In this document: positions 42,782 to 53,544 of the stretch, one piece after another | Layout: each line of letters starts with the position of its first letter | How positions within the stretch are numbered: the stretch's first letter is position 1 | Assembly (NCBI GenBank): GCA_947368535.1 | Contig: CANBHY010000005.1 | Coordinates: 65,117-129,116, forward strand | DNA length: 64,000 nt | Reading direction: 5' to 3' | Origin: an uncultured Clostridium sp. | Lineage (GTDB): Bacteria; Bacillota; Clostridia; TANB77; CAG-508 | The notes under the pieces: generated by a model | Seen by the model: the letters and a program-made list of their open reading frames with translations, nothing else | Told to the model about the DNA's origin: nothing | The model's database searches: none | Translations under genes and position numbers: made by a program

Positions 42782-42918
42782 TTTTTATTTCCTCCTTTGT
42801 TTTTATAATTATAAATTTTTGTAAAAAATAACTTTTCAATTATCTTTTATAAAAATTTATTCTAAAAGTGGAACGTGTATATTTTGTGTACATCACGTTC
42901 CCCTTTTAGTTTTAGTTC

Positions 42919-43236
42919 TTATTCTTCTCCGTCTACGTAATTGAATTCATCTTTAAATTTTTCTTTGAAAATTTCAAATACTTTATTTAATATTTCTTCG
43001 TCTTCTACTCCAACATATGATTCTTCATCTTCTGATTCTGTTGGTTCTACTTTTAATATTACTACTTCACCAATTTCATCTTCTGAAGCTTCTTCAACTG
43101 GAAGTAAAACTACATATTCTTCTTCATCATATTCTATTAAATCTAAGAATTCAAATTGAACTTCATTACCATTTTCATCATTTAATATTATTACGTTGTC
43201 TAATTCCTCTCCTGATTTGTTTTCTTCGTTACTCAT
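42919..43236 (-). CDS. DUF1292 family protein
   Basis: LNDENG.E..FEFLD.IEY....YVVLLP; follows ireB-ruvX. Confidence 0.9.
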   Translation of the reverse strand: MSNEENKSGEELDNVIILNDENGNEVQFEFLDLIEYDEEEYVVLLPVEEASEDEIGEVVILKVEPTESEDEESYVGVEDEEILNKVFEIFKEKFKDEFNYVDGEE

Positions 43237-43289
43237 ATTTTTTTCTCCTTTCAATTTTATAAAAAAATTATTAAAAACAATATTGAAAA

Positions 43290-43706
43290 CTATTTATTTT
43301 TATTTATATACATTTCTAAAATGTATACTGCAGATATTGTATCTACTAGATTCTTTTTCTTTTTTGGATTTATATTTAAATCATTCATTGTTCTATGAGC
43401 TTCTACTGTTGTCAATCTTTCATCCATTATATCTATTTTTATTTTATTATATTTACATTTTAATTTATGAATAAATTTTTCTGTTATTTCTGCCCTTTCA
43501 GATTTGTCACCATTCATATGCAATGGCATACCAACTACTATGCAATCTATTTCATAATCTTGCATAATTTCATCTAGCCTTTTAAGTATTATTCTATCAT
43601 TTCCTTGGTGGTGTATTGTTTCTAGACCTTGTGCTGTTATTCCTAATGCATCTGTTATGGCAATTCCAACTCTTGCACCTCCATAATCGATTCCTAGTGT
43701 TCTCAT
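43290..43706 (-). CDS. ruvX: YqgF/RuvX pre-16S rRNA nuclease
   Basis: LGIDYG..RVGIA, VVGMP, DERLTT, D..SA..IL. Confidence 0.95.
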   Translation of the reverse strand: MRTLGIDYGGARVGIAITDALGITAQGLETIHHQGNDRIILKRLDEIMQDYEIDCIVVGMPLHMNGDKSERAEITEKFIHKLKCKYNKIKIDIMDERLTTVEAHRTMNDLNINPKKKKNLVDTISAVYILEMYINKNK

Positions 43707-43960
43707 TATTTTTCTAGTCCTATATAATTTTTTACCATTTTCTCTAGTAATTCGTCTCTTTCTACTTTGCGAATTAGATTTCTAGCATCATTGTGGCTTG
43801 TTATATATGTTGGATCTCCAGATAGAATATATCCAACTATTTGATTTATTGGATTATATCCTTTTTCTACTAGTGCATCATAAACCTTTTTCATTATTTC
43901 TCTAGCTTCTAAATTATTGTCTCTTTCAACTTTAAAACTCATAGTTTTATCAAAATCCAT
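43706..43960 (-). CDS. ireB: IreB/ReoM (UPF0297) regulator
   Basis: [23 protein letters not shown]. Confidence 0.95.
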   Translation of the reverse strand: MDFDKTMSFKVERDNNLEAREIMKKVYDALVEKGYNPINQIVGYILSGDPTYITSHNDARNLIRKVERDELLEKMVKNYIGLEK

Positions 43961-43978
43961 TAATTTAATCTCCTTTAT

Positions 43979-45076
43979 TTATATAAAATTAATATTATTT
44001 TCATTTTTATCTGCTTTATCTAGATATTCTTCTAATTTTTTAGTAACTTTTTCAATTCCTGTTCCTTTATAATAGTTTCCTAATACAAAGTTTATTTTTG
44101 GTCTTACTAAAAATTTTTCATATGTTTGTTCATTTATGTATTCTACTTGTGTATCTTCTAGCTCTTGTTTTAAAACTTTTATTTTTTCTATTACTTGATC
44201 TTCATTTTTTCCTATATACACTATTGCAAATTTTGGTCCCATATATCTAACAAATATGTCTGTAGAATCTATACAAGTTTTTGCCCAGTTTGATAAGGAT
44301 ATTATTACATTATTTCCTACAATTCTTGAATATGTTGTATTTATGTCTTCTATATTTGTTACTTTAAACATTGCAACAATTGATGTAGGTTCTGAATCTA
44401 TTCTATCTTTAGCTTGTCCATATAAGTATTCTGCAGAGTATAAACCTGTAAATTGATCTGTTCTTACTATGCTTTCCATTGCTGTTTGATATGATACTGT
44501 TTTTAGTATTGATACTATATCATCTTTTATTACTTCTAATAAAGTTGTATCTGTATCATCATAGGCATGAATAACAGAACTTTCTATAATCCAATATCCT
44601 ATATATACATTATCTATATATAATGGAAAGAACATTGCTGATTTTGCTCTTGAAAAATCCATTTTTTGATATGGTAATTTTTCATCTTCTGAGTCTATTG
44701 TTATATATTTAGGTGTTGCAGTGCTAATACTATCTTTAAATATTTCTTCTGTGTGCAAATTAGTTAGATTTTTCCAATATTTTTGGTCTGTATTTGAAGC
44801 TTTTAAAACATATTCCGCTCCGTCAAATACAACTATACTTGAATACTTTATTTCAAATTTATCTATTAATACGTTATTTATTTTTTGTATTTTTTCATCT
44901 ACTGGTAGGTCTTCACCTGTTATATTCATGAAGTCTTGAAGTGCATTTAGCTTGTTTATTTTTGATGTTACACTGCTAAATGTTGTCAGCTTCTTTTTAA
45001 TATTAACATTGTAGACTATCAGAATTGAAATAATTCCAATTAGCACAACTATTGGTATTAGCGCCACGTTTTTCAC
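43979..45076 (-). CDS. Membrane protein with GAF-like and degenerate GGDEF domain
   Basis: D.FTGLY, IN..Y....G, RYMGPKF in place of RxGGDEF. Confidence 0.8.
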   Translation of the reverse strand: MKNVALIPIVVLIGIISILIVYNVNIKKKLTTFSSVTSKINKLNALQDFMNITGEDLPVDEKIQKINNVLIDKFEIKYSSIVVFDGAEYVLKASNTDQKYWKNLTNLHTEEIFKDSISTATPKYITIDSEDEKLPYQKMDFSRAKSAMFFPLYIDNVYIGYWIIESSVIHAYDDTDTTLLEVIKDDIVSILKTVSYQTAMESIVRTDQFTGLYSAEYLYGQAKDRIDSEPTSIVAMFKVTNIEDINTTYSRIVGNNVIISLSNWAKTCIDSTDIFVRYMGPKFAIVYIGKNEDQVIEKIKVLKQELEDTQVEYINEQTYEKFLVRPKINFVLGNYYKGTGIEKVTKKLEEYLDKADKNENNINFI

Positions 45077-45084
45077 CTCTTATT

Positions 45085-48000
45085 TTAATATTTGTTTTTC
45101 ATTTGATTTAAAGTATTGTTCATTTCTGTTGAAAAGTTATTTCCATAATTTGCTTCAGCAGAACTTTTTGAACCATAAGTTTGTTTACTTAATAGTGGAT
45201 ATACCATGTTCCCTAACATTTTTAAACTATTCATAAAGTTTTTATTATATCCACTTATTGTTATAGAACAATTTACAATTGATTCCAAGTATCTTGCATA
45301 TATTCCTTCATCAAAAGGTATACTACAAGCTTTAATTTTGTCTTTATTAAATAGTTCTGTCATGTATGACATTGCTGGATCATTGTAGAAAGAAATTCCG
45401 CCAATTATCGCTTTGCTTGATAATCCTCTTACTTTTGTTTCTTTGTTTATTACTATTCTTAATTTTTCTGGATCTAAAATTCCTTTTGTTTTTAAATCTC
45501 TTAAGAATGCTGTTAGTGGTTGTATTGTTAGTATATCCATTGATTGTACAAGATATATTTCTTGTGCATTTGCTAAATATCCTAAATCAGTATCAAAATC
45601 ACAATCTACTAATATTAATGATTCATTTTGTACCAATGTTGATAATATTGCTTCTGCATTTGAATAATCTTTTCCGTCATTTGGAATAGTTGTATAGACG
45701 TTTAGATTTCTGTCTACTGGTATTCCTTGAGCATATCCTTTTTCTAGATTTTCAATTGAATTGTATGCTACATTTCTTAGTTCTTCTTCATTATTTGTGT
45801 AAATAAAATATGAATTTTTATTTTTAGTCATATCCAATATTGCTGTTTTTACTCCTATTGATGAGAATAAACAAGCTAGGTTATTTACTAAAAATGATGT
45901 TCCGCTTTTACTTGCACCAACGAATGCGACAATTTTCTTATCCCTTGTTAAAATTGAATTTAAGCTTCCTGTTGAATATGATTTATTTTCTTCAATTTTT
46001 TGAAGACTTTCTCTTCTTTCTTGACTTGGCGTATATGATGTAACTGATTCATTATTATTTGATATTCCAAATCCTGACATAGTTTGTGTTCCAGTAGCAA
46101 AGTTATCGTATTGATTATAGTTATTGTTTGATGAATATTCTGTATTCATTTGACTTGCATATTGTTGTTGTGAATAACTATTTGTTTCTTGTTGTTGAAT
46201 TGATGTATTGTTTTCATATTGATTTGTACTATATGGATTTACTACTGAACTAGATAATGTATCTTCATTATTTTCTAAACTATATCCAACACTATTATCT
46301 ATACCTGGTAATGTGTCAGTATTTTCTTCAAATGGATCTCTACTCCAATCATTTCCTGCATTATTTTCTTCTAGTGGATCTTTATCCCAATCTTCTAAGC
46401 CTGGTAAATTGTTTGTTTCTGCCACGTTTTGATTTATTGATGTATCTAAATCACTAAATCCAGCTAGTGGATCTGTTTGTATTTGATTACTTTGTTGATA
46501 TTGATTTGGTTGGTTATTTAGTTGTCCACTATTTTGATTGTATTGTCCTGCTTGTTCCACATTTTGATTAACATATTGTGGATTAATTTGTGGTTGTACT
46601 GGTATATTTTGTTGCCCTACATATGTCTGATTATTTACTTGTGGTTGTACTGATGCAGTTGGTTGCTCTGCATATGCTTGATTATTTACTTGTGGTTGTA
46701 TTTGCGCATTTTGTTGTTCTGCATATGCTTGATTATTTACTTGTGGTTGTACTTGCGCATTTTGTTGTTCTGCATATGTTTGATTATTTACTTGTGATTG
46801 TATTGATACATTTTGTTGTTCTGCATATGCTTGATTATTTACTTGTGGTTGTATTTGCGCATTTTGTTGTTCTGCATATGCTTGATTATTTGTTTGTTGT
46901 TGTACTTGCACATTTTGTTGTGTCACATAATTTTGATTAGCTACTGGTGTGACATTTGTATTAACCATATTTTGATTTGTTACTTGTGGTGGAAGTGTTT
47001 CTTGTACTTCTACCATTGAGTTTTGTACTGTTTGCAATGCTTGACTTTCTGTAGTTATCTCTGCCCCATTTGTTTCTTCTGGTAAAGGATATTTTCTTGG
47101 TCTTCCTCTTTTTCCTTTTGGTTTTGGTGGCTCAATAGGATATTTTCTTGGTCTTCCTCTTCCTCTTTTTGGTTCTTGTGGTATTTCAGCTACTGCTGAA
47201 ACATCTGGCATTTGTAGTTGTGGCTCAATAGTAGGTGTTGTATTATTAAAATTTATATTTTCTGTATTTTCTATACTAGGTAATGTTGGTTCAATTCTTT
47301 CATTATTATTTAATGTTTCTATATTTTCTAGCGTATCATCTAATCCTGGTAATGTTATATCGTTTAAGCTATCCATTGTATTTGTTACTGGTATAGCAAA
47401 TGGATCTTCATAATTTTGAGTTTCTGGTGCTTGATATGGCTCTGTTGTACTTTGATCTATGTTTATATCATCAAATGGATCCTTTGCCCAAGAGTCTAGC
47501 CCTGGTAATGAATTTGTTTCTGTTTCTTGAGTTTGTGTATCAAAATTTTCTAGCCCTGGTAATGTTCCTTCTTCCATTCCTGGTAACACTGGATTGTCTA
47601 GTTCAGCTGCTTGATTTGTAAAGTTTTCTATTGGCTGTTCTGATACATTTTGTGGATTAGTATTTATATCTGCGAATGGGTCCTGATCCCAGCTGTCTAA
47701 TCCTGGTAATGTTTCTGCTTGCGCTTGTGGTTGTGATTGTTCTTGTGTTACTTCTGCAAATGGATCTTGATCCCAAGCATCTAATCCTGGCAATGTTTCT
47801 GTTTGTGCTTGTGGTTGATTATTATATAAATCAGAAACTTGTGGTATTTCTGTATTTCCCATTCTTCCTTCTCTTGGCATAGAATTGATATTTTGTAATT
47901 CCTCGTCTGAATATATTTTTCTCTCATTTTTAATATCCATATTATTTGGAATTATTACATTACCTGTCATTCTGTTTTGTGAATTTTTATTATCTAGCAA

Positions 48001-48867
48001 GTCTATTCCACTATTTAGATTTGATTTATTTTCTTGTGCTGGTTTGTTATTTTCTTTTTTAAATGCTTCTCTCTTCTCTTTTTCTATTTTTTGTTTTAAT
48101 TTTCTATCATTTTCGATTTGCTCTATTCTTCTCTGCTCTTGTAATTTTTCTTTTGCTTTTCTCTCTTCTTCTGTTTCATCTGCATATGTTACCAATTCTT
48201 GATATTTTGGGCATTCTGCTTCTAAAACAGCTCTAACATTTATAGGTAAACATTTTATTATTATTTTTAATTGTTTATCTGTATATTGTGCAGCAATGTT
48301 ATTAAAACTATCTGTATATCTGTCTTCATTTTTTCCTAATCTCTTGTAATGAATTAATATGTTTTGAACTTCTTGTTCTGTTACATCGTCTACTGAACTT
48401 GTATCTACAGTCGTTCCAGCTATTTGATAATATTCTTTAGCTTCTTCTGAATTACGTGGTCTATTTAATAATTCACATACTGCATCTATTTTTCTGTCAG
48501 TTCCAACTAGTGCATTATAAATTCCATATTCATGCATTTTAGTTAATACATATCCAGATTTTGTTCTTCTGTCTGTGCATATTATTATTATATCTGGTAT
48601 TTTCTCTAATGCATTTGTTTCATTAGAAATTTCATTTAATCTTTCTAATATAAATTTATCTATAACATCATAATTACTATTAGAAAATGGTTCTAAGTCT
48701 TCACTTATAACTATTCTATCATATGTCTTATCATTTTTTATCTCTCTTATTATTGCATTAAAGTAAAATACATTTTTAAATGAAACTGATTCTTGATACT
48801 TATCTTGATAGTTTTCTACTATTCTTTTTGAAACATTTTCATTACTTACTGCAAATAGAATTTTCAT
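45085..48867 (-). CDS. 1260-aa protein: receiver-like N-terminus, repeats, two AT-hooks, C-terminal ParA/MinD/CpaE-like domain
   Basis: MKILFA start; KRGRGRPRKYP and KRGRPRKYP; IVAFVGASKSGTSFLVNNLA...AILD...LVDCD...IVINK. Confidence 0.75.
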   Translation of the reverse strand: MKILFAVSNENVSKRIVENYQDKYQESVSFKNVFYFNAIIREIKNDKTYDRIVISEDLEPFSNSNYDVIDKFILERLNEISNETNALEKIPDIIIICTDRRTKSGYVLTKMHEYGIYNALVGTDRKIDAVCELLNRPRNSEEAKEYYQIAGTTVDTSSVDDVTEQEVQNILIHYKRLGKNEDRYTDSFNNIAAQYTDKQLKIIIKCLPINVRAVLEAECPKYQELVTYADETEEERKAKEKLQEQRRIEQIENDRKLKQKIEKEKREAFKKENNKPAQENKSNLNSGIDLLDNKNSQNRMTGNVIIPNNMDIKNERKIYSDEELQNINSMPREGRMGNTEIPQVSDLYNNQPQAQTETLPGLDAWDQDPFAEVTQEQSQPQAQAETLPGLDSWDQDPFADINTNPQNVSEQPIENFTNQAAELDNPVLPGMEEGTLPGLENFDTQTQETETNSLPGLDSWAKDPFDDINIDQSTTEPYQAPETQNYEDPFAIPVTNTMDSLNDITLPGLDDTLENIETLNNNERIEPTLPSIENTENINFNNTTPTIEPQLQMPDVSAVAEIPQEPKRGRGRPRKYPIEPPKPKGKRGRPRKYPLPEETNGAEITTESQALQTVQNSMVEVQETLPPQVTNQNMVNTNVTPVANQNYVTQQNVQVQQQTNNQAYAEQQNAQIQPQVNNQAYAEQQNVSIQSQVNNQTYAEQQNAQVQPQVNNQAYAEQQNAQIQPQVNNQAYAEQPTASVQPQVNNQTYVGQQNIPVQPQINPQYVNQNVEQAGQYNQNSGQLNNQPNQYQQSNQIQTDPLAGFSDLDTSINQNVAETNNLPGLEDWDKDPLEENNAGNDWSRDPFEENTDTLPGIDNSVGYSLENNEDTLSSSVVNPYSTNQYENNTSIQQQETNSYSQQQYASQMNTEYSSNNNYNQYDNFATGTQTMSGFGISNNNESVTSYTPSQERRESLQKIEENKSYSTGSLNSILTRDKKIVAFVGASKSGTSFLVNNLACLFSSIGVKTAILDMTKNKNSYFIYTNNEEELRNVAYNSIENLEKGYAQGIPVDRNLNVYTTIPNDGKDYSNAEAILSTLVQNESLILVDCDFDTDLGYLANAQEIYLVQSMDILTIQPLTAFLRDLKTKGILDPEKLRIVINKETKVRGLSSKAIIGGISFYNDPAMSYMTELFNKDKIKACSIPFDEGIYARYLESIVNCSITISGYNKNFMNSLKMLGNMVYPLLSKQTYGSKSSAEANYGNNFSTEMNNTLNQMKNKY
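46575..46925 (-). repeat. 51-bp (17-aa) tandem repeat, 6-7 copies
   Basis: QNAQIQPQVNNQAYAEQ units; TTCTGCATATGCTTGATTATTTACTTGTG recurs on the plus strand. Confidence 0.9.
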
Positions 48868-48893
48868 TTGTTACCCCCAAACTTTCTTCTGTT

Positions 48894-49316
48894 TTATAAT
48901 ACCCATCCTTTTACAACAATTGTAAATATCAGTGGTAATACTTGTGCGATAACTAAAATCGTTACAAAAGCTATAATTAAATTGAATCCTCTATCTCTAA
49001 TATCTAATCTTCTAATACCTATAATATATTGGTATATTGCACCAACTGCTATACCTAATAAACAAAATGGTATACTATATATTCTTACTGTATCTAATAC
49101 CATAGCTGTTATACCATATGCTTTTGAACCATATTTTTCGCTATATTGCTCTAGTTTTCCTCCTGCTTCTTCTTTTATTTTATAAAAGTCACTTGCATTT
49201 TCTGATTCAAGTACTTCTTTACTTTCTTCGTCTTCTGCTGCATATACTGGAGTGAATGATACTAATATTAAAGTTAAACTTAATAGTATGCTTATTACTG
49301 CTAGTAGTTTTTTCAT
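48894..49316 (-). CDS. Signal peptide plus two-TM protein, TrbC/VirB2 pilin-like topology
   Basis: Signal peptide ending VYA; two hydrophobic helices separated by a basic loop IRRLDIRDRG. Confidence 0.55.
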   Translation of the reverse strand: MKKLLAVISILLSLTLILVSFTPVYAAEDEESKEVLESENASDFYKIKEEAGGKLEQYSEKYGSKAYGITAMVLDTVRIYSIPFCLLGIAVGAIYQYIIGIRRLDIRDRGFNLIIAFVTILVIAQVLPLIFTIVVKGWVL

Positions 49317-49468
49317 TTTTTATCCTCCCATTTTTCCTTTTCCGCCTAATTTTATACATATAATATAATACAATAAAACAAAAAAAATATCAACTAATTT
49401 TTAATATTTATTTTTTCTGTTTTATCAATGTTTTGAGGACCTTATTTAATATAGGTCCTCACTCTTTT

Positions 49469-50734
49469 TTATAATCTATTATATAGATATGACATCCATC
49501 TAAAAATTCCATTTGCCCAGTTTTTATCACTAGCATATCTTGTATTTACACCGGCTAAAGTTGGACCATTGTAGTAAGTTCCTGTTGCTATTAATCCATC
49601 ATATATATCAGTTCCAGCTGGATATAAATATGTTTTGGCTAAAACTCTTGCGACTAAATCTATTCCTTCTGAGTATGTATCAAATGACATCGCTCCTCCA
49701 TATGGATCGCTATCATATGCACCATATCCAAATAAATTTTTCTTATCATTTGCGATTTTTGATGTTCCCCATCCACCTTCATGTATTGCCATAGCTGCTA
49801 AGAAGATTCCATTTACTCCATATTGTCTTTCTGCATAATAAAAATATTCTGCATTTGATGCTAGTACCCCCTGAGTATCTCCACTATTTCCTGATAGTAC
49901 TTTTTGGAATTGTTCTACTGTCAATCCACTTGGCAGTGTTAGATCCATATTAATATCTAAAAATGATAATAATTCTTCTTTACTATATTGCATTCCTACA
50001 TTGAAGTTTGGTGATGTTGTTCCATTTGGATTTATATTTGTAAAACATGCGCTATCGGAGTATCCAATGTAATTTTCTACCTGTATTTTAAGCCAGTTAT
50101 TATTAACAACTTGCATTACTACTACTTTGCTATCTTTTAAAATATCGCATAATTCATTTGCTTTTTTATTAGGAGCTTCTCTTAGTTTTACTCTTTCTGG
50201 TGTAGTCCATAATGAGTCGCCTTCTTTTGGTGTATAATTGTTTGTTCCTTCTCCTGTTCCTATTTCTACAATTTTATTTTTAGCTTCTTGAACTACTTTC
50301 CCTTCAATTCTTTCTTCTGAAATATACTCATTGCCACCATATGTTTTAATTATTACCATCATTTGTTTTCCGTCAACGCCTTCTTCTTTTACTTGTATTG
50401 TACCTGTTGGTAGTTCACTATTTTCAACATATTCCGTAGTATAATCTAAATCTACTTCATCAATATTAAGTGTTTTTTTATATACTGCACCTGTATTTTC
50501 TTTTAGTATTTCATTTATATCAATTTTATTTTTATTTTCTTCCATTGCTACTTTTTCATTTATTTTTTGCTCTACTTTTTTTTCTTCAATTGTTGCAACT
50601 GCTTGTACATTTTTAAAAGATTTTGCGCATAAAAAAGAAGCTATCAATAATACTATCATTGTTATAGCATATATTATAATTCTTTGTTTTATAATCTGTT
50701 CTCTTGTTTTGACAATATACTTTATTTTTCTCAT
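49469..50734 (-). CDS. G5 + SH3b + glucosaminidase (GH73) peptidoglycan hydrolase
   Basis: EG.DG...IVEIGT (G5), LRE.P...W.KI (SH3b), A.HEGGWG...NLFGYGAYD...YASD..W. Confidence 0.9.
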   Translation of the reverse strand: MRKIKYIVKTREQIIKQRIIIYAITMIVLLIASFLCAKSFKNVQAVATIEEKKVEQKINEKVAMEENKNKIDINEILKENTGAVYKKTLNIDEVDLDYTTEYVENSELPTGTIQVKEEGVDGKQMMVIIKTYGGNEYISEERIEGKVVQEAKNKIVEIGTGEGTNNYTPKEGDSLWTTPERVKLREAPNKKANELCDILKDSKVVVMQVVNNNWLKIQVENYIGYSDSACFTNINPNGTTSPNFNVGMQYSKEELLSFLDINMDLTLPSGLTVEQFQKVLSGNSGDTQGVLASNAEYFYYAERQYGVNGIFLAAMAIHEGGWGTSKIANDKKNLFGYGAYDSDPYGGAMSFDTYSEGIDLVARVLAKTYLYPAGTDIYDGLIATGTYYNGPTLAGVNTRYASDKNWANGIFRWMSYLYNRL

Positions 50735-50907
50735 TTTTAACTCCTAATAATATTTTAATATTGCTTACTTTTTTTGTCAATTGAAGTTTTTGGATTTATT
50801 TTTCTTTCTCTTGACTACTTGAATAATTACTGCTTTTATTATATATTTATTGCAGATTATTTATAATAATCTTACTTAGGATAAATTTTGTTTGAAAGGA
50901 TTTATTT

Positions 50908-51738
50908 ATGTTTCAAGACAAACAAATAAAAATATTTTTAAGTATTGCCATACTTATTTTTATTGTTTTAATATCTATTTTTGCTTTTAATACACAAAAA
51001 AGTAAAAATAATAAACCTGTTGAAAATTCTAATAAAGCAGTTCTATCATTGACTACTGATAGCAATATTTTCAAAATTAACTCAGTTTCAATGTACTCTT
51101 CTGCAAATGCATTAAATAATAATGAAATGCAAAAGGATTATTGGGATTTAAATTTGTATCAATATTCTGATATTGCTATTACTATAGATAACCATGTATC
51201 AATTGAAGATTTAACTTTAAAGAATACTATTAAAGAAATGTATATTGATAATATTTCTTATCCTGAGTTACCTGATAAAGGATCACCAGCATTATATTTA
51301 AAAGATGCCAATCTTTTTGGTAAAGGTGTTATTAATAAAGAAAATTTAATTACCGATAAAATTAATTTTAATATTATTTCTTCTAATGAAGAAGAATTTA
51401 GGTCTAATCGAGATTTTTATGCTGATTGTTCTGATCCTATTTTACTTTCTTCTATTAATGAAGAAATTGTACCTAATTTTGTAATTAGGAATACAAATTC
51501 AGCTGTAATTTTTGATGGTAATTTATTATTAGATGCAACAATTTTACTTAGTAATATTGAATATTCGCTTTCTTTTTCAATTCATATAATTAATGAACTT
51601 GATGAAGAATATATTTCTACAATTACTATTCCTATTGTTTTAAGTGATGAAAGTGATATTAATTCAATCTATGATGGTTCTTATCAAGTAGTTTCTACTG
51701 ATTTAGGAGAAAATAGATTTTACAAAAGAGAAGATTAA
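50908..51738 (+). CDS. Membrane-anchored hypothetical protein
   Basis: N-terminal TM; YSSA.A, LYQYSDIAI motifs. Confidence 0.7.
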   Translation: MFQDKQIKIFLSIAILIFIVLISIFAFNTQKSKNNKPVENSNKAVLSLTTDSNIFKINSVSMYSSANALNNNEMQKDYWDLNLYQYSDIAITIDNHVSIEDLTLKNTIKEMYIDNISYPELPDKGSPALYLKDANLFGKGVINKENLITDKINFNIISSNEEEFRSNRDFYADCSDPILLSSINEEIVPNFVIRNTNSAVIFDGNLLLDATILLSNIEYSLSFSIHIINELDEEYISTITIPIVLSDESDINSIYDGSYQVVSTDLGENRFYKRED

Positions 51739-51770
51739 TATAGCGCAATTTGAAAGGAAAGATTTGTTTT

Positions 51771-53525
51771 ATGAAAAAAATTTCGCATTTAGACTATATG
51801 AAAAAGCACTATTTTAAAACTGCTAATTATTCTGATCTTCATGAAATGCTTTATAGTGTTTCTGAAAAATTTGGGAATAAACCAGCTTTTATTTTAAAAG
51901 ATAATTCAGGTTATCCTGTTACAGTTTCTTATTTTAATTTTGTAAAAGATATTGAATCTGTTGGTATTTCACTTATTAATCATGGATTTTTAAATAAAAA
52001 AATTGCTTTAATTGGTGGAAACAGCTATAAATGGGCCGTTTCTTATTTAGCTGCTTGCATTGTTGGAGTTGTTGTTCCTATAGACAAAGAACTTCATCCT
52101 GATGATGTAATCAATTTTTTGAATATATCTGAAACATCTGTAATTTTAGGTGATGATAAATATTTATCACCTATTTTTGAAGCTCGTAATAAATTAAAAG
52201 CGGATCTTCAATATATTAATTTTGATTCTAAAACTAATACGGATTGTTTTTATGGTTTTGATGCTTTTAAAAGTTCTGGCTTATATAATTTAGAAAATGA
52301 TAACAAATTTAAAAATATTAAAATAAATCCAGATGAAATGCACTTTTTACTTTTTACTTCTGGAACTACTGGAAATTCAAAAGGTGTATGCTTATCTCAT
52401 AAAAATATTTGTTCAAATATTTTTTCTGTTGGTAGTATTGTTAAAGTAAACTCTTCTACTTCTATTCTTTCAATACTTCCTATGCATCATACTTATGAAT
52501 GTACTTTAGGCTTTTTACTTGTTATTTCTAATGGTGGAAGGATTTCTTTTTGTGAAGGTTTTAAAAAGCTTTCTAATAACTTTTTGGAATTCAAACCTAA
52601 CATAATTTTGAGTGTTCCTTTATTACTTGAAAAGCTTCATAAAAAAATTATGGCTACTTTAAAAAATAGTTTGCCTTCTAAATACTTTATTGGTGACAAG
52701 CATGTTATGGATAATGTTCCATTTTTTTATAAACCTATAATAAAAAATAAAATTGCTAAATCTTTAGGTGGAAGTCTAAAAAAGATAATTGTTGGTGCTT
52801 CTGCTATTGATCCTCAATTATTAGATTCTTTTGAAAAATTTGGAATTACTATTTTATCTGGATATGGTTTAACTGAGTGTTCTCCTCTTGTCGCTGGAAA
52901 TAATGATTTCTTTCATAAATCGGATTCTGCTGGATTACCTATTCCAAATGTAGATTTTATAATTGATTCGCCTAATAAAGATGGTGTTGGTGAAATCTTA
53001 GTAAAGGGTCCGAATGTTATGCTTGGATATTATAAAAACGAACAAGCTACTAAAGATACTTTTAAGGGTGAATATTTAAAAACAGGTGATTTAGGAAAAA
53101 TTGATAAAGATGGTTACTTATATATTTGTGGTCGCGCAAAAAGTGTTATTATAACTAAGAATGGTAAAAATGTTTATCCTGAAGAACTTGAAGAAATTTT
53201 AAATAAAAATGATTATATAGAGGAATCTTTAGTAGCTGGGAATTTTAATGAGGATCATAAAGATACTGAAGTTAGTGCTTTAATAGTTTTGAATATGGAT
53301 AATATTAAAAAGAAATTTAAGAAGCCTACTAAAGAGGATATTACTAAACTTTTGAATTCTATAGTTAAAACTATTAATGATAAACTTCCTAATTTCAAAC
53401 ATATTAAAAATTATGTTGTAAAGGAAGATTCTCTTGAGAAGACTACGACTCAGAAGGTTAAAAGATTTGGGAAAAATTTAGATGATTTAAAGAATATGTT
53501 GAAAAAGAAAAATAATAAAAAATAA
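51771..53525 (+). CDS. Long-chain fatty acid-CoA ligase (AMP-binding)
   Basis: FTSGTTGNSKG, GYGLTE, TGDLG, GR.K...NGKNVYPEE. Confidence 0.93.
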   Translation: MKKISHLDYMKKHYFKTANYSDLHEMLYSVSEKFGNKPAFILKDNSGYPVTVSYFNFVKDIESVGISLINHGFLNKKIALIGGNSYKWAVSYLAACIVGVVVPIDKELHPDDVINFLNISETSVILGDDKYLSPIFEARNKLKADLQYINFDSKTNTDCFYGFDAFKSSGLYNLENDNKFKNIKINPDEMHFLLFTSGTTGNSKGVCLSHKNICSNIFSVGSIVKVNSSTSILSILPMHHTYECTLGFLLVISNGGRISFCEGFKKLSNNFLEFKPNIILSVPLLLEKLHKKIMATLKNSLPSKYFIGDKHVMDNVPFFYKPIIKNKIAKSLGGSLKKIIVGASAIDPQLLDSFEKFGITILSGYGLTECSPLVAGNNDFFHKSDSAGLPIPNVDFIIDSPNKDGVGEILVKGPNVMLGYYKNEQATKDTFKGEYLKTGDLGKIDKDGYLYICGRAKSVIITKNGKNVYPEELEEILNKNDYIEESLVAGNFNEDHKDTEVSALIVLNMDNIKKKFKKPTKEDITKLLNSIVKTINDKLPNFKHIKNYVVKEDSLEKTTTQKVKRFGKNLDDLKNMLKKKNNKK

Positions 53526-53544
53526 AACGACTATATTAGTCGTT

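Noticed and set aside
46575..46925. Regularly spaced repeats resembling a CRISPR array
   Set aside because: In-frame 51-bp coding tandem repeat with no unique spacers and no cas genes in the window
48188..48198. Third GTTACCAATTC match
   Set aside because: Inside a CDS on the antisense strand with no flanking stem; treated as chance, and a reminder that the motif is short
51485..52545. AGG-A as a similar shift signal
   Set aside because: In-frame AGG-A occurs in intact genes (ATT AGG AAT in 50908-51738; GGA AGG ATT in the acyl-CoA ligase) without a frame break
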